Positions 13,509-26,846 of a DNA stretch of 64,000 nucleotides are shown one piece after another (position 1 is the first letter of the stretch; each line of letters starts with the position of its first letter). Below the pieces are notes generated by a model, which made no database searches, had not been told where the DNA came from, and worked only from the letters and a program-made list of their open reading frames with translations. Source of the stretch: Octopus vulgaris (taxonomy: Eukaryota); contig OX597822.1 of the NCBI GenBank assembly GCA_951406725.2, forward strand, positions 26,350,001-26,414,000, given 5' to 3'. Position numbers and translations under genes: made by a program.

Positions 13509-14039
13509 TATTAATATTCTGTTTTACTGATATTACGTGCCATGAACCCCAGGATCTTGTGCACTTGCTACTACAATTAACAAAAATTTACTTAATTTTT
13601 ATCAACTCTGGAGAGATGAAAAGCAAAGTTGGCCTTGTTGGGATTTGAACTCAGAATGTAAAAGGCTAGAAAGAAATACCATTCAACATCTCTTCTGCCT
13701 ATCCACTGTCTTCTTCATCTATACATTGTAAAAAACATTTCTAAAATTGTACACAACCCAGATAGTGAAAAAAACATGTTACTTTGTTTTTGCCCCTTAT
13801 CTATCATTTTTATTACATATTTACTTATATATCAATGTTTATTGAATCTGAAAAAAGGAACTAAATCTTTCTCTTTATGTTTAATAGGTGGTTTTCATAC
13901 CACACAACTTACTGAATTAATCCATAATGCTACAAGCATTTATCGAAATAATATTCTAACATTTTATGTATCCAAACCATCTGAACTGGATCAAGTTAGA
14001 AAAGTTATTTCATTTTTTAAAAAAATATCGCTGAGCCTA

Positions 14040-15105
14040 AGAAGAAATAATGTCTCAAACCAATGGAGTAGCCCCTCAGACCAAATATAAAGCAAAAGTT
14101 TGACACTTGGATTAAACTGTCAGCTTAGCTGATAACAACAGAGGTCTTGAATTAGTAACAGTTGCCACTTTATAGCTAAAATACAGTCAGTGATAGTGAT
14201 GTCAGAATTTAAGGACTGGCTAAATCACTGAAATGCACTGAAAGACAAAACCCTGAAGAAATGAAAATAAAATATAATAAATACTGAAAAATTACTACAA
14301 GTATGGATTCCTCGAAGTAAATTAAGTTACAAAAAATAAAAATTAATTAATTAAAAATGAAGAGATTGACCAGAAGCGACAAACATTAAAAAGGAAAATA
14401 AGAATTTTAAAAGGAGAAAGGTTTTAAAAACACACACAACATACAATCTCATAAGAGAAATGAAGCAGGTAAGTTTTCTTAGATTTACATAATGCTACCA
14501 ATAACAACTAAAGCTCACCTACATAGGGACTGAACAATTAATTTCTCATAACAATCAAAGAACTAAATATAACTAACAACAAACAAACAAACAAAAAAAA
14601 ATCAGAAAAGGAACTAATTTATTAATAAGATGAAACAATTGATGATACACATGGAAAAGAATTATTTCATCAGAAAGAAGCAGATCCTCGAGAACACAGC
14701 TGTCACACACCATTCCACCCGCATTTCTACAAATTTGACCCTAGATCCGCATAAGAAAGAAATTAAAGACCAAGTAACAGAGAAAGATAGAATTTTTAGA
14801 TTCTGAAAATAAACCACAAATAGTTTATTGGAAACCTCCAATTGATAACAGCTGGTAGTGTCAATACCAAACAACCAAAATAACCAGTGTAGATATCAAC
14901 CAGCTGTACAGAGACACAAATATTTAATTTGTATTTCAGTTGACAGTCTGTCTCGGTAGAGAAGAGAATATATAACTTAATATATATATATCACAAAAAT
15001 TGAACCTTGATCAAAAAAGGCTGCCTGTATACAAAGCGCATAATTTTATAGCTGCTTGAAGAAGCCAAATGATGGCTGAGGACTTTGTCAGCCCAAACTG
15101 TAAGT
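14040..15105 (+). pseudogene. Heavily decayed Penelope-like retroelement (RT/GIY-YIG relic with hammerhead-like 3' end)
   Basis: Frameshifted fragments resembling the PLE RT (QVSFL, followed by an spt-like segment) and GIY-YIG C-terminus (LGREEN, KLNLDQ, LPVYK), then cttgaaga-AGCCA-aatga-TGGCT-ga. Judged by eye only. Confidence 0.4.
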
Positions 15106-17807
15106 ATATTTTCTTAAGCAAAGGATGCTTAGATCCTAAGCACTACACGTGTGTTCCAGTTTATTTAGAACAGGTGTCTTGCATAGAATAATGGGTGACC
15201 AAAAGGCTTGGCACCAGGAAGGGATTCTGACCATAAAACACGACCAATTTATAGCAGCATGGGAAAGAGTATGTAAAACGATAGCAAAATATTCCTTTAG
15301 CTCCACTACTTCCATCTAACAAAGAATAATGAGATGCTTATTTATATTTTGATTTATAATCATCTTTAAATATACCAGGAAATAAAGCAGAGAGACAAGA
15401 TAGAGATACACACATAGTTGGCCAAAGTTTCAAAGTCACTGTCAACAACATTTTTGTAAAAGAATATTAAATTTACACTCTTCTAAAGTATAGGCTAACT
15501 CATCATATTAATGTAGAACTGCTTTTATTAGATCTGAACATAAAAACAAACATTAATATTATATACACACACAGACATACTAATCTATATATTTTACCTA
15601 TCAGTAGATGTTACATTAACTAATCATACTAAATGACACTGCTTACCCGATAGGTTAGATACACAAGAGAACACTAAAACTAGTGTGAATAACAACAGCA
15701 ATATCTTCAAACCTTAGAAAAAAAAAAAAAGGAAAACAGATACTACTTTCCTCTCTCCCTCTCTCTTTAGCCCTTCTCTCTCTCAAGTGCTCATACATAC
15801 TCACTCACACACTCACAAGTACTCTAACAACCACATCTTGAAGTATGATACCAATTGTTCATTTACCATTTTCTGTATGTTAAAAGGAATCTGAGAGAGT
15901 GCAAAATGAAGTTATGTAATATAAGAAACATCCAAAAGTTTAAAAAAAAAAAATTACAAAAGGGAAAAAATATGGAAGGAAAAATTAATAGTTTTATTAA
16001 TTGAAATAACTCATTAAAGAAATCATTATTGAAATAACTCCCAAAACAATATACATGAGTGTGTGTGCGCATGTGTTAGCAAGTATATGTTTATGTATGT
16101 GTATGTGTGTGTGCATATACATATATACATGGAGATATAGATGCATATACAAGTACATATACATACGTATAGACACACTCATGCACATATTTTATGTGTG
16201 TGCACGTGTGTGTAGTTTCTTTTTTTCTTTTCTTTTTGGTAGATGTTCAAGTTTGCAGTTTTGTTAATTAGTGCAAATATTAATTGGACCTTGTTTGTTA
16301 ATGTTATTTATATTTATAGTTATCATTTTGTTCTTTTCATTAGCAATTTTTTAAGCATGTGAGTTTATACGTAAGTATATATATATATTACATATATTCA
16401 TAGATATAATATATAATTGTATTATATATTATATAAATATACGTATCACATATTACATATATTCATATATATATATAATACATTTTTATGTCATATATCA
16501 TGTTTTATATATTATATACATAAACAGATGTAAACACAAATATATGCACATACAAGCCAGGGAGACACAAAAAAAAACAAACAAACACACAAACAAGAGC
16601 AAACTATAAACAAGATCGCATACATAACAGTATGTAGACACCCATACAGACACAAAATAACTTCATACACACACACACACACACAAAGTCAGTGGCAATG
16701 GATCTCTGTCAGCTTCAATGAAGAAGATTCAGTTGTTTGACTAACTGAACTACCTACTCAATGAATCCGCATGTATATGGCTGAGTATTCCACAGACATC
16801 ATGCAAACCCTTGGCCATAATCCTCAGGCAGAATCAGTCTAACATAGAGGGTGACACGGCCAGACGTTTGGATTACAGGCACAATCGATCTGGCAGGATT
16901 CCACACAGTTTCCGTCGACCTTATATTTACTTGCAAGCCTTTGGCCGACTCAAGACTGTGGTAGGAGAATAACAGACACTTGCCTTGGATGCAGTGTGAC
17001 AGGATTGAACCCGGTAAATCATGGTACATACATACGCATGCACATATGTACATACATCAGGCACTAATCAGTCAGAAAGAAGCAAGGAGTTGCAGAAAGG
17101 GCAGAAGAAGGGCAGGGAGTAGACTAAAACGTAATATGGGAAACAATGAGCTTCTTTCATCAATATCTGAAAGTCTATATATTCTACTTTTCACACAGAT
17201 CTTGCAACTACTCAAAAATGGTAACACCACCAAGAGAAGAAGAAAAAAAGTCATGCATGAAAGGGAGAGAGAGAGAGAGAGAGAGAGAGATACATATTGA
17301 AGGGTATTTTCTAAGTTTCAGTTTAACAGCATCTATTTCAAAACCGCTGGTAGAGAAACATCCAGAATCAGCTACAACATACGGAATATTGGTTTGATGC
17401 ATGAAAAATTAAATTTTGTTGATAATAACGTTTAAGTAGTACTTAATTTAGTTTTTACTTTATGTGTTAAGTGAGTAGGGTTTGGCCAAAGAACGGAAAA
17501 GGAAGAGTTAAAGAGTAAGAGAGGGGAAGGCAGCAAGACCTGGTAGATCACCTATTGCCCATCAACTGTCACCGTTAGCCTTTTCCTGTTCACCATAAAC
17601 TATGAAAAGGGGGGGGGGGAAGGAAGGGGAGACAATATCAACTAGGACAGATTTTTATATACACACACACACATTCATACATGTACACACACATTTATGT
17701 ATGAACTAAAATATGCATACACACACATACATAGAAAGATAGACAGATACATATATACATACATACACACACATGCACCCCACACTTATTAGTAGTAGGT
17801 AGGAAGG

Positions 17808-17897
17808 CTATGAAGATATGACCTTTCCTGAGTCTTCCTTCCCCTTATATACAGCCTTGCCATGTGTGAATGGGATGTACTTATACTTGATCATGTG
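17808..17897 (-). CDS. RER1: RER1 terminal coding exon (HMIKYKYIPFTHGKAVYKGKEDSGKVISS*)
   Basis: Poly-T plus cAG acceptor; TAG stop at 17810-17808. Matches human HMIKYRYIPFTHGKRRYRGKEDAGK. The six exons total 579 nt (192 aa plus stop). Confidence 0.96.
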   Translation of the reverse strand, partial: HMIKYKYIPFTHGKAVYKGKEDSGKVISS

Positions 17898-19639
17898 CTG
17901 AAAAAAAAAAGACGAAAAAAAAAGTATGTTAACCATAAAATAACAAAAATAAGAGACATCAATACAAAGAAAACAAGCAAAAAGAAAATTTAGTAAACAT
18001 GGATGAAGCACAAGGATAAAATGTTTGCTTCAATTGAGCGAGAATAAGATAAAAGTGAATGGATTGATGTTACTTAGTAGCTATGTCCAACTCATGCCAG
18101 CATGGAAAACAGATGATGAGTTAATGAAGCAAACAGCTGAATCAGTAGTGAAGCCCTTATGCTGTTGCTCAGCCTGTTAGAAATAGCAACCAAATCTTCC
18201 TCAAATCACAATGTATTGTTTGAAGAAAGGAAGGTTGTATTTGACAATGCAGTTCAGGACAGAGTAAAGTAGGAGATGGCGATGACAAAATTTTTTTTAA
18301 TATTTGGAAAAAAAAAAAAAAAAAGAAAAAAATTCTCAGTTTCAAAACAAAGTTTGAACCTTGAGAAATGACAAAGAATATTTCAGAAATAGCAAAACTA
18401 ATTTTAATTCATCTTAATAAAAAAAAAACAAAAAAAAAAAACTGTTTACACATCTGGATAGAAAACCCATCACACATTCAAGGAAAAGCTACTTATCAAA
18501 ACGTAAGAAAAATAAATTGTTTTTTAGTTTAACATTCAACAGCTACTCAACTCATCCACTTTATATATTCCCTCTATATCACTTCTTTTGCCACTATTGC
18601 AGTGTCTGTTCTTGTGTTTGCTGACCAAACTGCTCCGTCCACCCTTCCGCTCGTTTGCATCGCTAACACACTGCACCATTCTTTCTCCTTCGTCATTATT
18701 ATTTCTTGTGTGACTTTTATTTTCTTCACCCTTATGATTGCATTGTTCTGGGAATCCTTTCAGGCCCATGTTAATCAGACAACTGACTAAGCTGAAGTAA
18801 TTTAAAGCATCACTAACTTCACACATCATCATCATCGTTTAACGTCCACTTTCCATGCTAGCATGGGTTGGACGATTTGACTGAGGCCTGGCGAACCAGA
18901 TGGCTGCACCAGACTCCAATCTGATCTGGCAGAGTTTCTACAGCTGGATGCCCTTCCTAATGCCAACCACTCTGAGAGCGTAGTGGGTGCTTTTACATGC
19001 CACCGGCACAAGGGCCAGTCAGGCAGTACTGGCAACGGCCACGCTCAAATGATGCTTTTTATGTGCTACCTAAACAACACTAAGCCCCAACAACTGGGAC
19101 AAATAAATCTATAGACACTGACCATTTCCTCACATTGTTACACTTTCTAATTAAAAAAAAAAACCAAAAAAAAAAAGTAAAAAGAAAACTATCAAACAAA
19201 CAAAAACCTAATTAGCAAAAAACTTTTTCTTTTTTTTTTTGGTTACAGAAGGGAAATGGCCCTACCTAATATGCAGAAAAGGTGCATGTACAAATTATAA
19301 TATGTACTGTAAGCCAAATGCAAACTAAAAGTACAAAAGAGATGCAGGTAGATCACAGGTAAAGAACTTTATATGCACAGGTATGGTTAGCTCTAAGAGC
19401 ACCCATAGAATAAATTCTTTCAAATATCCATGAGGCTCTCTAGATGAAACTGACAGCTTTTGTTTCATAAGTAACCTAATCAATGGCAGAAGTTTTCCAT
19501 AAACACAGTAACCAGATCTAGAACAGGTTAGAAATAGTTCAGGGGGCTTTTACCTCTGCAGGGCAGCAAAGTGGTTCTCTGTCTCAGGAAAAGACAGATA
19601 GCCTGATTCTTGCATACATAGTGTGATATTACATGGCAA

Positions 19640-19810
19640 TGAAATACGGACCTCATGGTACAATGAGATAAGGGTATTGAATCTGAAGGATGTGCTGATA
19701 CTGGAAAGAAACGAAGACGGCAAGCTCGACAGGGCATGAACAACAGCGCACGAATGAGGTGAGAGAAAAACTGGGTATAAGAGGAATCAGATGTGAAGAT
19801 GAGAAGACTG
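19640..19810 (+). mobile_element. RTE-clade LINE 3' fragment
   Basis: Translates to degraded LERNE...NEVREKLGIRGIRC...RRL, typical of the RTE ORF end. Confidence 0.5.
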
Positions 19811-19975
19811 AAGAAGTATTTAAACTAATCTCAAGAAGCTGATTTTCACAAAAGGGATGAGATAAGACTGGAGAAAATCCAATAAAATCTGTTCATCTCA
19901 TACAAGCATGGGTAAAATGGACCTACAATGATGATCTCTTACAGTCACAAATCAATAAGGGGAGTTTTTTCTTAC

Positions 19976-20111
19976 CTTAATTTGTCTCTTCATAGTGATT
20001 GTAAACAAAATGATGAAATACATAACCAGGATAGGCCAGAAAACAGGGATGTCCAGAGCTTCAAACAATGTGCAGAATAAGCCAATGATAATTGACTTAG
20101 ATGCAGAATAC
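19976..20111 (-). CDS. RER1: RER1 coding exon 5 (YSASKSIIIGLFCTLFEALDIPVFWPILVMYFIILFTITMKRQIK)
   Basis: Translated by hand. ttttgtAG acceptor, AAG|GTAAG donor, 136 nt. Carries the PVFWPILVMYF...TMKRQIK motif. Confidence 0.97.
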
Positions 20112-20162
20112 CTACAAAAGAAAATTTACATGGAAATACAATGTCGGCACATTTATTATGAA

Positions 20163-20546
20163 CTAGCAGTATCGCCCGGCGTTGCTCAGGTTTGTAAGGG
20201 AAATAACTATAAAGCATTTTTAGAGAGTTATAGCCAAAAAATAGCAAAAAAATGGGAAAAAAATGATGGTAAATTTTTTTGAGAGTTAAAAAAGGTGGAG
20301 TTGCGTCCCCATGACGGTCTGTGGTTTGGGTTTCTGATTCTCGACCCCATGTCGAATTTATCGATTTTTTTTCAGAACTGGGGGAACTTTTCAAAATTTT
20401 CGCTGCGTTAGTTTTGAATTATGACATTGGGCTATGTGTGTGTCAAGTTTCATCAGAATCGGTTGAAAGCCGTGGTCAGAGTGAGGGTACGAGAAAACAG
20501 ACACACAGAAAACGCACAGACAAACTGCCGTTTATATAGAGAGAGA
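20163..20546 (-). mobile_element. Non-autonomous Helitron
   Basis: Minus strand A|TCTCTCTCTATATAAAC at the 5' end; 3' hairpin cctgagcaacgccggg then cgatactgCTAG|T. No TSD; inserted between A and T. Confidence 0.85.
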
Positions 20547-22076
20547 TAAACAAATAATTACAGAGATGTACTTGCATGGTAGGTGCTTTGATCTGAGATT
20601 GAGTGTTGAAACTAAAACAATTGCAGCACGGAAGACACAAGTTAAATGTTCAGAAATACAAAAGCTGTTAACATCACTTAAAAACATTTATCATTTGTAA
20701 TGTGGTGTTGAAATAATTTGTCCCTTGAAATTGTGACCTGGTCGCAGTTTAATGCAAGCAGTATTTAACAATGAAAATCTAACAAATCACTTATTGTTTA
20801 CTTGTTTCAGTCATTAGACTGTGGCCATGCTGGGGCACTTCCTTGAAGAATTTTTAGGCAAATGTATTGACCCCAGTACTTGTTTTTTAAAGCCTGGTAT
20901 TTATTCTTTTGGCTGAACCACTAAGTTATGGGGACATAAACACAAACACAAACTATATATACATATATATACATACAAGCTTCTTTCAGTTTCCATCTAC
21001 CAAATCCACTCACAGAGCTTTAGTTGGCCAGAGGTTATAGAAGACACTTGTGAAGGTGCTACAAAGTGGGACTGAACCCTAAACCATATGTTTGAAAAGC
21101 AAGCTTCTTATCACACAGCTACGACTGTTTAATTTAAGACAAATCTAATCACTGGTGCATCACATATTGACCTTTGTCCGCATGGTGGTGATCAAAACAT
21201 GTTAGTCTAATGCAGATCCATTCTCTATTAAAACAATTTACTAAAGTTGAATTCAGTCATGAAGCCTGTGTCATTTAGGTGAGGTGAAAGGGAAAGGTGC
21301 AACATTAACGCCTTTTTAAAAGGCATTAATGATCTGTATGAAGTGGTTACATGTAGGGGGTCAAAACTATACCACAAACCCACAGACCAAACAAATCTAT
21401 GATACTTACACATCATCGAACATAATGCAAAGCCTGTGAATCTATAAAGTACAAGCATAACCGAACTATTGAATCAACTATAGTTTACAACTGGTATTTA
21501 TTTCACAAACCTTTTGAGGAATGAAACAAAATTAATCCTTACCAGATCTGAATTTAGAATACAGGAAGAGAGTAGAACTAACAAGTGAAAGACATTCAGT
21601 TCAGCAGTGTACTGTCTCTTTGCTTGCTGGCACCATTTTTTATCAAACACAATAATGTTTAAAGAAGAATATTACATGAGCTATAAAAGCATTTATATAA
21701 AACAAAACAGCTGTCTAAATATCTGAGTGAGGTGGGTTATAATTATCAAAATATTTCTCAAACTGTTTAACTTAATTTTTAAAAATATTTATACTAACAT
21801 TGTTTCACTCAGTTTGATTCCTGGTCACCATCAGTTGTCTTATTAATGGATATTTACATAGTACCACATTGGATTCAAAGCAGGAACCATATGAATAAGA
21901 CATGGCTTCCTGTTCATCTAGGGGAGAGGTAACTGAATAAGAACCAACTTGATGTGTCAACCCATCCAACCCATGCCAGCATAGGAAGTAGACTGAAACT
22001 GAATATAACTTTCTATCTTACCAACATAGTATCTCAGAGACGATGATACCAGGTCGGTTTCCTGTTGCTTTCTTAA

Positions 22077-22296
22077 CCCTTTTGATACCAACCCGGCTGA
22101 AAGCGGCTCTGGCTCTGAGTACAAATGTCTTGTTTAGATAAATTTTGAATTAACATCTTCCACCAAACCTTAGTCACAATTTATGTTCCTAACACTAGCT
22201 TAATGATGACTAAGTTATTTTACTAAATTCTTTGTTATATTTAAAGTAATTGAAAGAAATACAGAGCATCTCAAAATAAATACGGTAACGAAAGGG
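22077..22296. mobile_element. piggyBac-type MITE, family 1 (220 bp)
   Basis: TTAA|CCCTTTTGATACCA...CGGTAACGAAAGGG|TTAA. Confidence 0.9.
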
Positions 22297-22520
22297 TTAA
22301 GGAAATCAGGAAGCCAGAAGTTTCTATGAGAGTATATACATGTTGTTGCCTTTCCCAAAGGAACATGAAATGAGGTGGAACAGGAAAGCAAAAGCTGCAG
22401 TTAGGAGGCAAAAACTGAATGCAAAATCAACTAACAAAGGGCTCAACTTTTACACTGCACTGCTACTTACTCTTGAAGTAAATTAATGCATAGAAAAATA
22501 AATTGTAATATGCTACTTAC

Positions 22521-22602
22521 CAGAATTTAAATTCTGGTAATCTGCGCATAAAAGGCCGGAATTCTTCATTAGCTTTTGTTGGTAATGATGGTCCATCTTC
22601 AG
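22521..22602 (-). CDS. RER1: RER1 coding exon 4 ([28 protein letters not shown])
   Basis: ttttttAG acceptor, TG|GTAAGT donor, 82 nt, phases consistent with neighbours. Near-invariant Rer1 motif [25 protein letters not shown]. Confidence 0.97.
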
Positions 22603-23474
22603 CTAAAAAAACAAAATTTTTTTTTAAATAATCAAATTTTGGCAAAATGAATGACTGAAACATTAAAAGACCTAAAGCAGTGAAAAAGATATAACACAAA
22701 AAAACCAGTAAGATAATGACATCTAAGGAATGTAACAGAAAACCAAAAACGTTTAAGGTCAGATCTGGGCCTAGCATAAAGGCAGAGTGAATTCAATAAA
22801 AGACTGTTTTCCTGGTTTGACTTTAGTTAGTAACTAATTTCTCTCTCTAAATCATTGTTAGTGTCAAAAGCAGTGAGCTGGCAGAATCATTAGCATGCTG
22901 GGCAAAATATTGGCAGTATTTTGTCTATCTTTACATGCTGAGTTCAAATTCCACCGAGGTCAACTTTGCTTTTCATCCTTTCGGGGAGGGGGGGGGGCAA
23001 TGAAGTAAGTACTAGTTATGTACTGGGGTCAATCTAATCAACTGCCCCCCCCCCCCCAATTTTAGGGAAGTCTAGGGTCACTCACCTACCATATACAGAT
23101 TATCTGAGCCAATGTCTGATGGTGGTGAAATCAATGCTGTTGATTCAAGCTTTCTCAGGATCTTTTTTTTTGTGAATGTGGTCCTTCTATTTAATATTCG
23201 AGTACTCAAGAAGACCCGCCCACCACAACAGAATGAGATCCTACAGTAGAAAGGATATTACTGTTAATGTCACTCAAAAGCCACAGTCAGCTTGGTTCAC
23301 ACAAACTTAGAACACAGAGGCAGCCAACTGAATAAACGAGATATAGTCAAGAGGTGATGCCCTTATGAAATACCATATTTTCAATTTATTCTAGGATTAT
23401 GCTGCAAGTTCTTCCATAGAGTGGCAGGCCATTAACAGACAGTGCAGTCAATGAGTTGAGTCATGTTGCATCTA

Positions 23475-23601
23475 CAGGGTGTCCACAAAGTCTGGGTACA
23501 TGGGGTAAATAAAATCATAACATATAGAATTAAATATAAGAAATAATAATTTCTTAAAGTATGTGTTAATCCCCATGTACCCAGACTTTGTGGACACCCT
23601 G
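23475..23601. mobile_element. Tc1/mariner MITE (127 bp)
   Basis: Perfect 31-bp TIR CAGGGTGTCCACAAAGTCTGGGTACATGGGG with TA on both sides. Confidence 0.92.
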
Positions 23602-24002
23602 TACTTTGCAATTGAAAGAAAAAGACATATATCTTAAATATTGAGTTCTTTCTCGGTTGTTACCATGTCCACTGACATGATACCAGCCAATAACGCAGAG
23701 TAGTAACAACAAAGAATGCTATATGGCAACTTTGGTAGCATAAATATAATGTTGCACAACAGGATTCTACTAATTTGAAGGTAAAAGAAGAGTATTATGA
23801 GGTGTACTAAATAACTTATGTTTGAGTAATAAGTATAGGCATGTTGTGTTTAGGCTTAGCGATGGCTGTGTGGTAAGAAGTTTACTGTCCAAACCATGTG
23901 GTTGGGAAGTAAACCAGGTTCAGTTCCATTGCATGGCAACTTGGGTAAGTGTCCAGGCCAACCAAAGCCTAGTGAGTAGATCTTGTAAGTGGAAACAAAG
24001 TT

Positions 24003-24435
24003 AAGGCGGCAAGCCGGCAGAAACGTTAGCATAAGGCGGCGAGTTGGCAGAAACGTTAGCACGCCGGGCAAAATGCTTAGCGGTATTTCGTCTGCCATTA
24101 CGTTCTGAGTTCAAATTCCGCCGAGGTCGACTTTGCCTTTCATCCTTTTGGGGTCGATAAATTAAGTACCAGTTACGCACTGAGATCGATATAATCGACT
24201 TAGTCCGTCTGTCTGTCCCCTCTGTGTTTAACCCCTTGTGGGTAGTAAAGAAATAGGTATTTCGTCTGTCTACATTCTAAGTTCAAATTCCGCCGAGGTC
24301 AACTCTGCCTTGCATCGTTTCAGGCTCGATAAATTAAGTACCAGTTACGCACTGTAACTGGTAATCAACTTATTCCATTTGTCTGTCCTTGTTTGTCCCC
24401 TCTATGTTTAGCCCTTTGTGGGCAATAAAGAAATA
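24003..24435 (+). mobile_element. Dimeric family-A SINE nested in a CORE-type SINE
   Basis: Duplicated head, a full monomer, then a 5'-truncated second monomer from 24256; flanked by ggaaac(a/t)aag. Confidence 0.8.
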
Positions 24436-24699
24436 GGAAACTAAGAGATGCCAATCACACACACACAAAGTATATTAAATACAATAAATACAAAAAATGT
24501 ACATATGTGTACATAGAAAAAGGTTTCACTTATACAGAGTAACATCTCAAACATATGATCTCTTCTCTGAAGACGGAGGTAAGTCTCATCCAACGAAGGA
24601 ATCAATCTACAAATATTATCATGGGCCACCGAGCCCACATAGCATAACTGGTACTTTAATACTGTTGACCTCAGAAGGATGAAACACTTCAGTAGCCGC

Positions 24700-24992
24700 C
24701 AAAATGATTCAACATCAGAGTGCCATCTGCTGCTTGTTCATCTCAGAGTTTCTTCATAGTCTTTTTGAGCTGATCTTTGTAACATCAGAGAGGGTTTCAG
24801 CATGGTCTTTTGCAAGGAAGACTAGTGTCACTCACCTACCATATACAGATTATTTGAGCCAATGTCTGATGGTGGTGAAATCAATGCTGTTGGTTCAAGC
24901 TTTCTCAGGATCTGCTATTTTGGTGAATGTGGTCCTCCCATTTAATATTCAAGAACTCAAGACCTGTCCACCACAACAGAATTGAGATCCTA
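24700..24992 (-). mobile_element. RTE-clade LINE 3' fragment; partial second copy at 23065-23243
   Basis: Minus strand gives LNIKWEDHI...YKDQLKKTMKK-like RTE terminal peptides; about 178 bp are shared with 23065-23243. Confidence 0.6.
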
Positions 24993-25338
24993 AAACCAAA
25001 GTGCCATGTAAAAAGCACTGGTGCTGATGCCACATGAAAAGCACCCAAAACATTGACTCTGTAAAGTGGCTGGTGTTAGGAAGGGCATCCAGCTGTAGAA
25101 ACCAAGCTAAAACAGACTATGGAATGTAGTGTGGCCCCATGGCCTTGCCAGTTCCTATCAAGCTGTCCAACCCATGCCAGCATGGAAAGCAGACATTAAA
25201 TGATGATGATGAAGATGAAAGCTTCTGCTGGTGAGAGCACTTGAGTTTCTTGATGTCTTCATGATACAGTGTTTTGCATCTGTAGAGTAAGGTCAAAACA
25301 ATGACAACTTGATATGCTATGTCTGAATTGGTGTTTAA

Positions 25339-26405
25339 CTCTTTCGTTACTATATTTCTGACCAAATTACACCCCTTATGTGTTTCAATTAATTTCTAAC
25401 GTAATCATAAATTTAGTCTGGTTTCATTAAACAACTATAACTTTTTTATTTATCGATATATTAATCTGAGTTTTGGAAGATAATTTAATGAAATATTCTC
25501 AACCAATTCTATACTATAATTTTTGTCACAAAGTGACTCTAATTGCAGGTAGATACAGGTAAATTCAACAAAATATAAAATTATTAAAATTTTGTTCAAA
25601 CATCGCTATAGAAAATGGGTTATTAGCTAATATTCAATTGGGTATACAACAAAATTTTACGATAGAATTTGTTATTCTGGGTAACTTTCTGATACCCATA
25701 ATAATATTTATGGCAAAATAGTCTTAATTTCATTTAAGGTTGTGGGAAACCACAAACTATCGTTTCTTTCGCTTTGTTTACGTTTAGCGTAACAGTTCGT
25801 TTCCGCCGTAATGATTTCAAATAGGCTCATTCGAAAAAGTAAAAAGAAATAGTCTAAGGCTTTACTCTCCTGGGAAAGTCTGTGGCTTGGTCCAGTTTCT
25901 TCAGAAAAATCACTGAAAGAAACAGTTTTTAAATTTTCACTCCATTCAGGTGCCAATTCATTTTCTTTATCGCTGTCGGAGCTCTCGGATTCACAGTTTT
26001 CACTTTCGGAAAATGAAACATCAGATTCATTATCAAATACCACATGCTTTTTTTTTTCAGTCATAGAGTTAGATTTATGAAGGTCTTCAGTAGAAAATCC
26101 TTCGAATTCTGACTCGCTGCTTGATATAATGAAATTCGTATCCATTTTTTGTCAGAATTACAAATTTTGAAAACACAATAGGAACAAATTTCGGAAAAAA
26201 ATCTCCCAAAATTCCCGGAATTAAAATTACACTTCGATTATTGTACAAAACTGTAGTTGAACTGTTTACGAAGTATAATACGTGTTTTCACAAATGTACT
26301 AAAGAGATTTGCTCTGATATTCTCATTTAAATATGAATAGGTAAATTCGGGCGGTTTGGTCACATTAACCAAAATTTTTTTCGGGTGGCTTTGGTAACGA
26401 AAGGG
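25339..26405 (-). mobile_element. Internally deleted piggyBac transposon retaining the transposase N-terminus (ORF 26145-25708)
   Basis: TTAA TSDs (25335-25338, 26406-26409) and TIR C(C/T)CTTTCGTTAC(C/T)A. The ORF has an acidic Ser-rich N-terminus then LDYFFLLF...IITAETNCYA...WFPTTLNEIK, the start of the DDE_Tnp_1_7 domain; the catalytic region is absent. Confidence 0.9.
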
Positions 26406-26749
26406 TTAAAGTTTAGTTTCTGAAGACCATGTTAGACAATTCTTCCAAAAGCAACATGGCAAGCACAAATCCTGTTTTTCACATCTGACTCAGAGTTGCA
26501 TTGCACTGAGAAGAATAGAAACAAAAATACCCAGATATGAGGAATAGCCACCACTTTCAACTTATCCTGAAAATAGCAGTCAAATCCCCCTGAAATCATA
26601 ACCTACCGTCTTTAAAAGGAAGAACATAAAGGATCACTGTTTATGGGAAGGGATGGAAAAAAGATGTGATAGTCATGATTGGAAATGTCTTTGATTGTGG
26701 GAGTGCTTAATCAGGGCTGGCCTGGGGCTAAACAATAACAGTTACTTAC

Positions 26750-26846
26750 CTGTGTCATCTATGGCAGGGTCTATTTTGGGTGTAAGGAATGCAATGAACA
26801 AATTCAGAAGATAAATTCCTAATGCATATGTCACAATGTACCAGCC
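26750..26846 (-). CDS. RER1: RER1 coding exon 3 ([32 protein letters not shown])
   Basis: Translated by hand, not in the ORF track. ttctAG acceptor, G|GTAAGT donor, 97 nt. Carries the hallmark Rer1 motif [24 protein letters not shown]. Confidence 0.97.

Noticed and set aside
15993-15998. AATAAA (minus strand) as the RER1 polyadenylation signal
   Set aside because: The hexamer is common in this AT-rich DNA; the true site cannot be chosen without transcript data.
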